Of a stretch of DNA of 64,000 nt, positions 21,246 through 30,716 are shown one piece after another. Both the position numbers and the translations under genes were made by a program. This DNA comes from a virus (taxonomy: Duplodnaviria > Caudoviricetes): positions 160,001 to 224,000 of the IMG/VR virus record IMGVR_UViG_3300032167_000004; one strand, written 5' to 3'. The first letter of the stretch is position 1. The number at the start of each line of letters is the position of its first letter. Below the pieces are notes generated by a model, which was given only the letters and a program-made list of their open reading frames with translations, had not been told where the DNA came from and made no database searches.

Positions 21246-21464
21246 CTAATCATCCTTATTCTTAGAATTAATACTGAGGAAGGTCATATACTTAATAAAA
21301 TCTTTTTCTGATAAACTATTGATAATATTACAATGATCATCAAATTTGGTAGAATTTGATCTAGTTACTGCATTTAAATATTTTAAATAAATATCGATTG
21401 TATTATGACTCATGGGTAAATCATGTACAATCATATATACTATAGTTCTTTCTATATTTATCAT
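21246..21464 (-). CDS. Hypothetical protein (72 aa)
   Basis: AGGAGG RBS favours the ATG at 21464 over the longer track ORF. Confidence 0.5.
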   Translation of the reverse strand: MINIERTIVYMIVHDLPMSHNTIDIYLKYLNAVTRSNSTKFDDHCNIINSLSEKDFIKYMTFLSINSKNKDD

Positions 21465-21579
21465 TATATTATATGATACCTCCTTAATAAGTATTATATT
21501 AACGTTCACTTTTTTCTTAAAGTGAAAATAAATATAGTATATAACATTTTCATAATAATAAAAGAAAGGATGAAATTTT

Positions 21580-21756
21580 ATGTCTAATAAAGAAGAATTC
21601 AATATTGTTACCGAGGTTGGTGTCTTTGGTGATTTAAACATCGATGACCCTACTGTTAAATCTGTAAAGAAAAAGAATAATACCAACTATACTGATGAAG
21701 AAATTGAAACTCTGATTAGAGAATCTATTAATAGTAATGCTAATATTACTATCTAA
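21580..21756 (+). CDS. Small hypothetical protein (58 aa, not in the ORF track)
   Basis: AACA-N6-TA at 21543 and AAGGA RBS; MSNKEEFNIVTEVG... Confidence 0.6.
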   Translation: MSNKEEFNIVTEVGVFGDLNIDDPTVKSVKKKNNTNYTDEEIETLIRESINSNANITI

Positions 21757-21854
21757 AAATCAAAAGATTATTTAAATATATATTATTTAAATAAGAAATA
21801 GTAATTAATTACTTACTATTTGAAAATATTTTTATTAATGAAGGAGAAATAATA

Positions 21855-21879
21855 ATGATTAAAATTTGTACTCTTGGCT
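21855..21879 (+). CDS. Tubulin/FtsZ-family (PhuZ/TubZ-like) protein, exon 1
   Basis: AAGGAG RBS; MIKICTLG plus one T joins exon 2 to give MIKICTLGFGNCGGQI (tubulin T1 loop). Confidence 0.88.
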
Positions 21880-22159
21880 TAATAATATAGGCCCTATACA
21901 TAGTGATATGTATAGCAAACTCTCTTAATTGCTGGAAACTCCTTAGAGCCTAAAGTACCAAAGTGTAAAAATCTTTAGGATTGGACAATCAGCAGCCAAG
22001 ACTCTTATTGTAAGAGTAAGGTTCAACGATCATACCCTTAAGTAAAGGGATAATAGAGAGCATCTTTATTTTAAAGATGATGATATGATCTGTGCTCTAT
22101 AGAAATATAGAGAACTTCGTCTGTATTAACTAGCTAATAGTTTTATCTTCTTTTTCAAA

Positions 22160-22169
22160 TATATATTAT
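22160..22169 (+). promoter_or_regulatory. Phage early-type promoter motif TATATATTAT inside the intron, upstream of tnpB (one of about 18 intergenic copies)
   Basis: Also on + at 21777, 26783, 28325, 31263, 32314, 36719, 37506, 45298, 47409, 48937 and on - at 2677, 3818, 7687, 20145, 21179, 56103, 56948, each oriented toward a downstream gene. Confidence 0.75.
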
Positions 22170-22207
22170 TTATTTAATATTTATATAAAGAAAGGAGGAT
22201 AAATCTT

Positions 22208-23446
22208 ATGTATAGAACTTTTAAACGTCAACTAATTAATTTATCTGAAGAAGATAAACAGTATTTATTCGATAATATGTGGTATAGACATCAACTATAC
22301 AACTTAGGTATTGAATGTATATTAGATTATCGTAAAGAGAATCCTAAATTACCTAGCAGTACATTATTATATCACATGATGAAAGAAAAAATATCTGATA
22401 AGTATAATAAAAATTATTATGCTGAAGGTATTGAGAGTGTTGTACGTGTTGATATATCTAGAGCAATTCGAAATACATATAATAATTATAAAAAATATGA
22501 TGATATTTCTGAACAATTTAGATTTCATCGATTTAATAAATATTATAGAAGTTTCGGATTTAGTGCTAGATCATATATTTCTTATGGTAAAATGAGTTCT
22601 AGAGTTAAATCTATGACTAATAATTCTATCACTATTCGTTTTAGAAAAGGTATTATTAAAACTTTTTATCATAATGAATTATCATGGAATAATAAGAATC
22701 ATCCTTATGAATTTGATATGTATGATGTAAAAGAGATCCATTTTCTATATGATCATGGTAAATTCTATATCATTCTCATGTGTGAGGTTAATTTTAAAAA
22801 TCCTTATAGATATAGAGATGATAGAATGAATCTTGCAGGTATTGATTTAGGAGAAAGAAATCCAGCGATGATATATGACGGTAAAGAATATATCAAGGTT
22901 AAGTTTCCTGATAAGAAGATTAAAAATATTCAAAACAGAATTAATGTTATGAATATAGCCTTATCAGGAAAAGTATATGGATCTAATAACTATTATAAGC
23001 TTAAAAATAAAATAGATAAGCTTTATAGAAAACAGGTTAATATACGTAAAGACTGGAGACATCAGAATTCTTATAAGATAACTAATTTATTTAAGACTAT
23101 AGTTGTAGATGAATTCCATAATTATATTATTACTAAAGATTCTAAAGAAAATATTAATAGTAAAGGAAAAAGAATTATTAATAGAGTAATGGAAGGTAGA
23201 GGTATATCTTATTTTATTGAAACATTAAAAGATATGTCAAATAAATATCGATGTGGATATTATTTAGCAGAACCTAATACCACTAGAACTTGCTCTAAAT
23301 GCGGTTTTATTAATGATCCAATACCTTTAAGTCAAGAATATTTAGTATGCGATAATTGTGGAAAGAAAATTCATCGAGATAAGAATGCTGCAAAGAATTG
23401 TTATAATCAACATAAGAGATATTATCATATTAATGTGTATATCTAA
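22208..23446 (+). CDS. tnpB: TnpB (IS200/IS605/IS607 OrfB) RNA-guided nuclease homologue
   Basis: N-terminal R.LYN helix, RuvC-I GIDLG, RuvC-II region IVVDEF, TTRTCSKCG...CDNCG zinc finger, RuvC-III HRD.NAA.N. Confidence 0.9.
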   Translation: MYRTFKRQLINLSEEDKQYLFDNMWYRHQLYNLGIECILDYRKENPKLPSSTLLYHMMKEKISDKYNKNYYAEGIESVVRVDISRAIRNTYNNYKKYDDISEQFRFHRFNKYYRSFGFSARSYISYGKMSSRVKSMTNNSITIRFRKGIIKTFYHNELSWNNKNHPYEFDMYDVKEIHFLYDHGKFYIILMCEVNFKNPYRYRDDRMNLAGIDLGERNPAMIYDGKEYIKVKFPDKKIKNIQNRINVMNIALSGKVYGSNNYYKLKNKIDKLYRKQVNIRKDWRHQNSYKITNLFKTIVVDEFHNYIITKDSKENINSKGKRIINRVMEGRGISYFIETLKDMSNKYRCGYYLAEPNTTRTCSKCGFINDPIPLSQEYLVCDNCGKKIHRDKNAAKNCYNQHKRYYHINVYI

Positions 23447-23536
23447 AAGTTGAATATAATGTAGCGTATAGGTTGATGCGTAATAGCTAGTTAAAAGAAG
23501 TTGTATTAGAGTAACGATCTAATATAAACACAACAG

Positions 23537-24642
23537 TTGGTAATTGTGGTGGTCAGATCACTGATCTGGCAATGGAACAGTATCAGATTCCTGGTATTGC
23601 AATCAATAGCTCTCAGAAAGATTTAGATAATATTACAAATGTTACTAAGTTTGTTTTGGGTGATTCTCTTGGTAGTGGAAAGAATAGAGATGTAGCAAAA
23701 AACTTTATTAAGAAGCATGTATCTGTTATGCTTCAGCAAGATAAACTTAATAGTATGATTAGTGAAAATGATATTGTTTTCATTATTTCTTCTATTGGTG
23801 GTGGTACCGGTTCTGGTATGGCTCCGATTACTTGTGATATTCTTTCAAGAAAATATCCTGAAAAGAGATTTATTCTTATTGAAGTTTATCCTCCTATTGG
23901 TGAGTCTCTTGCTGCACAGCAGAATAGTCTTGACTATCTTAAGGAAGTAAATAATAATATGCCCAATGTATGTTACATTGCATATGATAATAATAAGTAT
24001 ACTGATCTTACAACTCCTGAAATGATGCAGAAAGTAAACAATGAAATTGTTGATATGCTTCCTGTATTTAGAGGAGACTATTTCTATTCCACTCCTTTCA
24101 ATTCTATTGATGATAAGGATCTTCTGAGTATTGTTGGTACTCCTGGACGTATGGCTGTGTATATTCTTGATAATATTAAAGAAAAAGATTTCGATAATAA
24201 ATCTATTGAAGATGCTATGATCGATATTATTAAGAATAAGTCTGCTAACGTCGAACTTGATCGTGATAAGATTGTTAAGAAAATTGGTATTGTAACGAAT
24301 TTGAATACTAAACTTAATAAACTTATCGATCCCAATTATTCTAAGATTCAAGAATTAGTCGGTACTCCTATTGAATTATTTGAGCATGTATATATGACAA
24401 GTTCTGATAATGAAACTAATAGAATGATTCTTATTCTGGCTGGTTTATCTGTTCCTGATGACAGATTAACAAAGATGGTTCAGCGTATTGAATCTGGTTT
24501 GGAAGAACTTGCACATACTAAGGAATCTTCTGTATTGGGCAATACAGACACTGTCAGCATGGTTAAAGACCTGAGATCTAATAATATGCAGCAGAGCAGT
24601 GAATTTAGCCTCGAAGAACTTTTTGGTAAGTATGATAGCTAA
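23537..24642 (+). CDS. Tubulin/FtsZ-family protein, exon 2 (376 aa after splicing)
   Basis: GNCGGQI, AINS, GSGKNR and the GGGTGSG signature. Confidence 0.9.
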
Positions 24643-24706
24643 CAATACTTCATTAGCTGTTATATTATAAATTTATTTAAATATTATATTTGGAGGACAA
24701 AAAACA

Positions 24707-25591
24707 ATGAAACACATTATTGAAAATTTGAAGCCTAAGAAGATGGAAGTCAGTGATCTGGCATATGCAATTGATGATAATCAGAAGGAAATGATTGATT
24801 TTTATGTAAAGCATGGCTTTAAGATGAAGAATGCTGAAACCATCAATGCACTGTATGAAAAGATGCTGAGCCCTAAGTTTGTTAAGGCACTGAAGAAGGT
24901 TGCTAAGAATGGTAAAGAAGAGCCTTGGACTGGTCTTGACTACGGCTTTATTATGATTATCAATGGCTTCATCGAGAAGAGCTATAAGAATGAAGCTATG
25001 ACTGAAGAACTTCTGGGTGAATATACTAATATCATTAATAAGGTTCTAAAGTCTAAGATTAAGAAGATTTCTAAGGATATTGGTATTGATGAAGATATTG
25101 TAAAGGAACTGTTAGTTGTTGTTCCTGATAAGTCTTGCGTTAACAATGAGCGTGCAGTTGGTTTCTATACTGCAAAGATGCTGCGTAAGATTTATATTCT
25201 TGCCGGTGAAAAGGAGCTGAATCTGGATGACACCAAGAAGATTAGGGGTCTGTTCCAGAAGCTGTTTGGTAAGAAGCTGATTGATGTTGTTGCAGTTAAT
25301 GTACTTCTTGAGAAGAAGGAGTATATGAAGAACTTTAATGAAAATCAGACTGCAGTTTGGAATATGCTTACCAATTTTGCTCTTGATGTAATTGAGAAGC
25401 AGGATAAGGAGCACATTGTCGAACTGGTTGAATATTACTGCAACCGTCGCAAGTCTGATTCTGAGCGTAATCGTGATAGTGCACGTCGTATTTCTCTGAA
25501 TAATATTGATGCAGAGAAGTATCCTAAGACTGCTAAGCGTATTGCTAAGTTCACTAAGAATGGTAAAGAAAATTTGGTAAAGTTCCTGTAA
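24707..25591 (+). CDS. Hypothetical protein with high-expression-type codon bias
   Basis: GGAGG RBS; CTG/AAG/CGT-rich codons; immediately follows the tubulin gene. Confidence 0.75.
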   Translation: MKHIIENLKPKKMEVSDLAYAIDDNQKEMIDFYVKHGFKMKNAETINALYEKMLSPKFVKALKKVAKNGKEEPWTGLDYGFIMIINGFIEKSYKNEAMTEELLGEYTNIINKVLKSKIKKISKDIGIDEDIVKELLVVVPDKSCVNNERAVGFYTAKMLRKIYILAGEKELNLDDTKKIRGLFQKLFGKKLIDVVAVNVLLEKKEYMKNFNENQTAVWNMLTNFALDVIEKQDKEHIVELVEYYCNRRKSDSERNRDSARRISLNNIDAEKYPKTAKRIAKFTKNGKENLVKFL

Positions 25592-25764
25592 TAAAATATT
25601 TTAAAATGTTTTATTGATAAAGGGAGAGGAATAATTTCCTCTCCCTTTATTTTTTTTTTTCTAATAATTAATAATTAATTCATATACAATTATGTAATTC
25701 GTAGTATTTCAACAAGATACTACTAAATAATTTAATTTTTAAAATTAATTGGAGGAAATTTGAA

Positions 25765-26628
25765 ATGTTAGCAATTTATAATGAAAGCAAAACTAATTGG
25801 ATCCGTGCAACTATTAATAACAAGACCTCTAAGATTACTGCATCTCGCGTACTGGCTGATGGCAAGGTTCGTTATCTTGACGTTCTGATCAGTAACGATA
25901 TCGATACATCCGAAGTTGTCAATGCTAAGGCTATGAATGAAGAAACTCCTTGCACTACTCTGTATGAGGGTAAGACTGCTGTTAAGTTTAAGAGCAAGGA
26001 TCTTAAGCCTTTTATTACTAAGTCTGAAAAGTTTAATACTGACGTTTTATTTATCAATATTGGTCTGAAGGGTAAGATTATCAAGAATATGACCGGTAAT
26101 CATTCCATTCTGGCATATCTGATCGCTCAGGGTGAGCTGTTCCTGATTGTTTCTTTATCTGATAAAGATGATGCTATGAAGTTTGATCTGGTATTACATG
26201 ATCCTAACATTGTTGCTGATACTACTTATACTTTCGAGAAGAAGGGTGGTAAGTATTTTGTAACTTCCGATATGGTTCAGACTGATGCTGTTATTACTAA
26301 GCCTACATTTAAGGTCAATAGATTTAGACCTGCTCGTCCTACTAATGTTATCTTTGTTTGTGATTCTGATGAAGCTGTTATGAAAAAGCTTCTGAAGTAT
26401 CCTGATTCTCATAATATCAAGGTATTCATTGATAATGATGTTGATGACATTATGGCATTTATTAATCCTCTGAAGGAGTCTGGTTATAAGGCTGCTACCT
26501 TATTTGTAAACCGTGATGAGTTTACTGGCTCTGATGATGAAGTTTATGGTAATGAATACGACATCCTTAAGAACAATTTCAAATTCTTGAACATTCTGTT
26601 AAATAACGGTAAGATTCTGCGTAAGTAA
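25765..26628 (+). CDS. Hypothetical protein
   Basis: GGAGG RBS; AACA-N6-TA at 25711. Confidence 0.75.
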   Translation: MLAIYNESKTNWIRATINNKTSKITASRVLADGKVRYLDVLISNDIDTSEVVNAKAMNEETPCTTLYEGKTAVKFKSKDLKPFITKSEKFNTDVLFINIGLKGKIIKNMTGNHSILAYLIAQGELFLIVSLSDKDDAMKFDLVLHDPNIVADTTYTFEKKGGKYFVTSDMVQTDAVITKPTFKVNRFRPARPTNVIFVCDSDEAVMKKLLKYPDSHNIKVFIDNDVDDIMAFINPLKESGYKAATLFVNRDEFTGSDDEVYGNEYDILKNNFKFLNILLNNGKILRK

Positions 26629-26811
26629 TATTTTTTATATTAAGTACACAGCACAGCCGTTAGTCTTGAGAATGTGCTGTTTTATATACATTGTATCAGA
26701 TATGAGTATAATTGCTCATATCTGATACTTTTTCACTTTTTATTAAGTTATTAACAAATAAATAAGCAATACTTTTTTAAAGTATATATTATTATCTGGA
26801 GGTCAATATAA

Positions 26812-27138
26812 ATGATTGATTTATTTAAACTTAAGCATAAAGAAAATGATGCTACTAGAATTTACAAAATTTATAAGAATATTGATAAGGAGGAAAGAAT
26901 CAATTATATTGTACATTCAGAGTATAAAAGAATGATTTTTCTAGCTGAAAAAGCTGCTTTAAATGGAGAAGTTTCATTTATATTTGATTTATCAATAGAA
27001 GACCTAGATATGAAAAATTTTAATGTTATAATGAATAAATTTATGACATTAATATCAGAAAATGGTTTTCGATATTCAAGAGAGATCGTAATAAAAGAAA
27101 ATAGATTTACTATCTATTTTTCAGAATTAAGTGTATGA
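26812..27138 (+). CDS. Hypothetical protein
   Basis: GGAGG RBS; both promoter motifs upstream. Confidence 0.65.
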   Translation: MIDLFKLKHKENDATRIYKIYKNIDKEERINYIVHSEYKRMIFLAEKAALNGEVSFIFDLSIEDLDMKNFNVIMNKFMTLISENGFRYSREIVIKENRFTIYFSELSV

Positions 27139-27151
27139 AGGAGAACTAATA

Positions 27152-28318
27152 ATGGGAAACAGATTATTGGATAAACTTAGAGAAAAAGATAAGAAGGGTT
27201 TATTTACACCTTCTCAGGTTTCAGTAAATTATCCTACAGGATTTGCTCCTTTTGATTATTTAAATGGATATAAAGTAAGAGTTATGGACCTTGATGAAAA
27301 ATTAGTTGGATCATATTCTGCTATTGGTTTGACTGGCGGAACGTTTGTAACTATTATCGGTAAATCAGGTGTTGCAAAAACAACCTGGACTATTCAAACA
27401 GCATTTAATATGGTTAAAAATTTCAATGAAGATGCTTTTATTATGTGTTATGATTTGGAACAAGCTCTAAATTATACACGAATTAAAAATATTACTGGAG
27501 CTACACAAGAAGAATTAGATAAGAAATTTATTCTTCGACAAGAAAAGAATTATATTGAAGATATATTTGATTCTATCATTAGTATTGCTAATGCTAAAGA
27601 AAATGATAAAGAATCTTTTATGTATGATACTGGTAATGTAGATGAATTTAATCGACCTATCAGAGCATATGTACCTACAGTTATTATTATTGACTCTATT
27701 CCTACTTTAGCTTCTAAGGAAACTGAAGGTGAAGAAGAAATGAAGGGTCAGACTGATGCAATGAAAGCTGCAAAGCAGTTAAAACAGTTTTATAGTAGAT
27801 TAATGCCTATTATCAAAACTTATAATATTACTGTATTTGCAATCAATCATATTAACCAAAAGATTGAAATTAATCCCTTCGCTAAGACACAGAATCAAAT
27901 AATGTACCTTGGACAAGATGAAAGCTTACCGGGAGGTGTTGCACCTATATATTATGCAAACACTCTCATTAAATTTGTATCTTCTTCTAAGTTTAAAGAA
28001 GAAGACGATGGATTCGATGGGTTCTTAGTCAAAGCAATGTTAGTTAAATCTAGAAGTAATAAAGCAAATCAATTCTGCAATTTAGTATATAATCAAACTC
28101 ATGGATTTGATCCTATTTTGACTTTATTCCAGTTTGCAACCGATAATGGTATGGTTGATGGTCGTAATCCATATAAATATTTTAAAATTAATAAAGATGT
28201 TAAATTTGATTCTAGAAAATTTAGAGAAGAATTTAATACTAATGATAAAGTTAAAAATACTCTGATGGAAGCAGTTACTCCTGAATTAGAGAAACTTCTT
28301 TCATCTGTTGAAAAATAA
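27152..28318 (+). CDS. recA: RecA/UvsX-like recombinase
   Basis: Walker A GKSGVAKT, DLE, IIIDS, INH and PGG.A..YYA motifs. Confidence 0.85.
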   Translation: MGNRLLDKLREKDKKGLFTPSQVSVNYPTGFAPFDYLNGYKVRVMDLDEKLVGSYSAIGLTGGTFVTIIGKSGVAKTTWTIQTAFNMVKNFNEDAFIMCYDLEQALNYTRIKNITGATQEELDKKFILRQEKNYIEDIFDSIISIANAKENDKESFMYDTGNVDEFNRPIRAYVPTVIIIDSIPTLASKETEGEEEMKGQTDAMKAAKQLKQFYSRLMPIIKTYNITVFAINHINQKIEINPFAKTQNQIMYLGQDESLPGGVAPIYYANTLIKFVSSSKFKEEDDGFDGFLVKAMLVKSRSNKANQFCNLVYNQTHGFDPILTLFQFATDNGMVDGRNPYKYFKINKDVKFDSRKFREEFNTNDKVKNTLMEAVTPELEKLLSSVEK

Positions 28319-28355
28319 TTAAATTATATATTATATATGTGAAGGAGAAACAATT

Positions 28356-28628
28356 GTGGATATTAAGACCAAGTTCTATTATGAGATTTTAGTTATTCTT
28401 AATAAGAAACATGAAAGAATGCTTATCTGGATTAAAGATGAAAAAATCGAATATTCTAATAGAAAAGAACTTGAAAAATATGTTAAAGACAATTGTAAAG
28501 GTTTAAAGAAATTTACTAATATTGAAAAAGTTATTGTTATGGAAATCAGTGAAGAACAGTATAAAGAATTGGATAGATGGTATGTTAATCATTCTAAACC
28601 TAGAGATTTTACTGTGATCCATAACTAA
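28356..28628 (+). CDS. Hypothetical protein
   Basis: AAGGAG RBS; TATATATTAT at 28325. Confidence 0.65.
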   Translation: MDIKTKFYYEILVILNKKHERMLIWIKDEKIEYSNRKELEKYVKDNCKGLKKFTNIEKVIVMEISEEQYKELDRWYVNHSKPRDFTVIHN

Positions 28629-28709
28629 AAAATGAAATATATACAGTATAGAGGAAATAAGAAACCTCTATACTGTATTTTATTAATAAAAGGAAGGAAA
28701 AGAAAACTA

Positions 28710-30482
28710 ATGAGCACACTTAATCTTAAAGAAGCATTAGAGCAAAAAGAAAAAGAATATAGTTTCTGTGATGATTTGTTTGGTATGACATTACTTACAA
28801 ATCCAGGATACATTAGTTCTAGTAGATCTCTAATGTTTACTAGTCATCTTAGACAGTTTGTTAATCTTGTCAATCCTGATATTCCTAAAGTATTTACTAA
28901 CTATGAAAATAGCGTTGGTAAATTATCTACAGGATATTATGAAGCAAAGCATAATTATGAAGTATATGCAAAAATTCCTAGATTTACAACAGAAGGATTA
29001 GATAATCATCTTTATTTGATGTTTATTTATGATAAGAAACATGATAAATATGATGTAATTACAAAAAGTGTTGTAGAAAATCTAACAGAAAAGTTTGGAT
29101 ATGGATATAATACTGAAGTAATGGATAATAAAGATGTTGGTGATGAAATTGATAAAGGAGAAGTTCTTTATAGATCAACATCTTATGATGAAGATATGAA
29201 CTATCGTTATGGTACAAATGTTAAAGTTATGTATGCATTAGATAATAACACGATTGAAGATGCTATCATTTGTTCCGAATCCTTTGCTAAAAGACTTGTT
29301 AGTAAAGAGATTGAAGAGGTTAAAGTTAGTCTTAATGACAATGACTTACTTTGTAATATCTATGGTGATAGTTCTAATTATAAAACTTTCCCTGATATTG
29401 GTGAATACACAAAAGATAAAATTCTTTGTGCAAAGCGTCGTATTCATAATAGTCAGGTTTTATATGATTTGAAGAAATCTAATCTTAGAAAGATTAATTT
29501 TATGAATGATAACTTATATTATATTGATGGTAAGATTGTTGATATAGTTATCTATTCAAATAAAACATTGGATGAAATTCCTGATAATACTTTTAATAAT
29601 CAAATTAGAAAATATCTAATTATGCAAAATGAATTTTATCAAAAAGTATATGACACTTGTAAAGAGATTATTAAAAGTGGTAGTAAGTATAGTAATGATA
29701 TTGCTTATTATTTTAAGAAAGCAAAAGATATATTAGATGAAAATACTAAATGGAGAGAAGAATCCTCTGTATTTAGTAATATTGTTATTGAATTTCTTGT
29801 TGAAAGAGATTCACCTCTTACTATTGGACAAAAGATTTCTGGACGACAGGGTAATAAGGGTGTCGTAAGTAAAATTTTACCAGATGATCAAATGCCATAT
29901 CTTGAAAATGGGGAAAAGGTAGAAGTGATTTTAAATAGTTTGGGTGTAATCAACAGACTCAACCCTATGCAGATATACGAGCTTAGCATTAATTTTATCT
30001 GTAATCGAGTTGTAGATAAATTAAAAACTTATACTACACTAAAAGAAAAAGAAACATTATTCTTTGATATTATTAAACGATTCAATGAAGATGAAGAGAA
30101 AGTATTAAAGATTTATTATAAAAATTTAAAGACTAAAGAAAAGAAAGAATTCTTTGAAGATATCTTTAAGAATGGTATTTATATTCATATGCGTCCTTTC
30201 TGGGAAGAAAAAGAAGCATTATTTGATATCATTAGAGATATTTATAAAGATTATGATTTTATTAAACCTGTTGATGTTTATATTAATAAATGGGGTAGAA
30301 AGATTAAGATTATGAAACCTTTGATTGTTAGTGATCTTTATATGATTAAACTGAAGCAATCTTCTAAGAAAGGTTTCTCTGCAAGATCTACAGGTTCTCT
30401 TAATAGAAGAGGTATTCCTGATAAGAGTTATAAGAATAAAGTTCATCAAGATCTGTATTCTAGCACACCGATACGCATCGGC
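28710..30482 (+). CDS. Phage multisubunit RNA polymerase beta, C-terminal part, exon 1
   Basis: R.LM...[44 protein letters not shown] and PIRIG motifs. Confidence 0.92.
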
Positions 30483-30716
30483 TTGATCGAGAACCGATGT
30501 AAAACTCTCTTAATTGCTGGAAAATCCTTATAGGACAATCAGCAGCCAAGACTTATTTTAGTAAGTAAGGTTCAACGACTATAAAAATTATAAATATAAT
30601 TTTAATGGAGAGCTTCTTATAAAAAGAATGAAGATATAGTCTAATCTATATAGATAATATATAGTAGTTATTAAGTTAACAGTATAGAATTAATCATTCT
30701 ATATGAATATATAATG
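30483..30716 (+). ncRNA. ORF-less group I intron (~234 nt) in the RNAP beta gene
   Basis: Same core elements as the other two introns; splicing gives PIRIG-DQE (RpoB RFGEME region). Boundaries are uncertain by 1 nt. Confidence 0.88.

Larger units (their letters stand above)
21880..23536 (+). mobile_element. Group I intron carrying TnpB (IStron-like, no TnpA) in the tubulin gene
   Basis: P1 GGCU/GGCC with U.G; core elements AATTGCTGGAA and AATCAGCAGCC; P7 GATCA/TGATC; terminal G at 23536; reading frame restored on splicing. Confidence 0.92.

Noticed and set aside
21880-22207. TnpA transposase of a complete IStron
   Set aside because: The region is fully accounted for by the ribozyme core and promoter; there is no ORF with HUH or serine-recombinase motifs.
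22208-23540. TnpB as a Cas12-type CRISPR effector
   Set aside because: No repeat-spacer array or cas genes were seen near it or elsewhere in the window.
23572-24642. Stand-alone 356-aa tubulin starting at ATG 23572
   Set aside because: It lacks the T1 loop and an RBS; the true start is 21855 via splicing.
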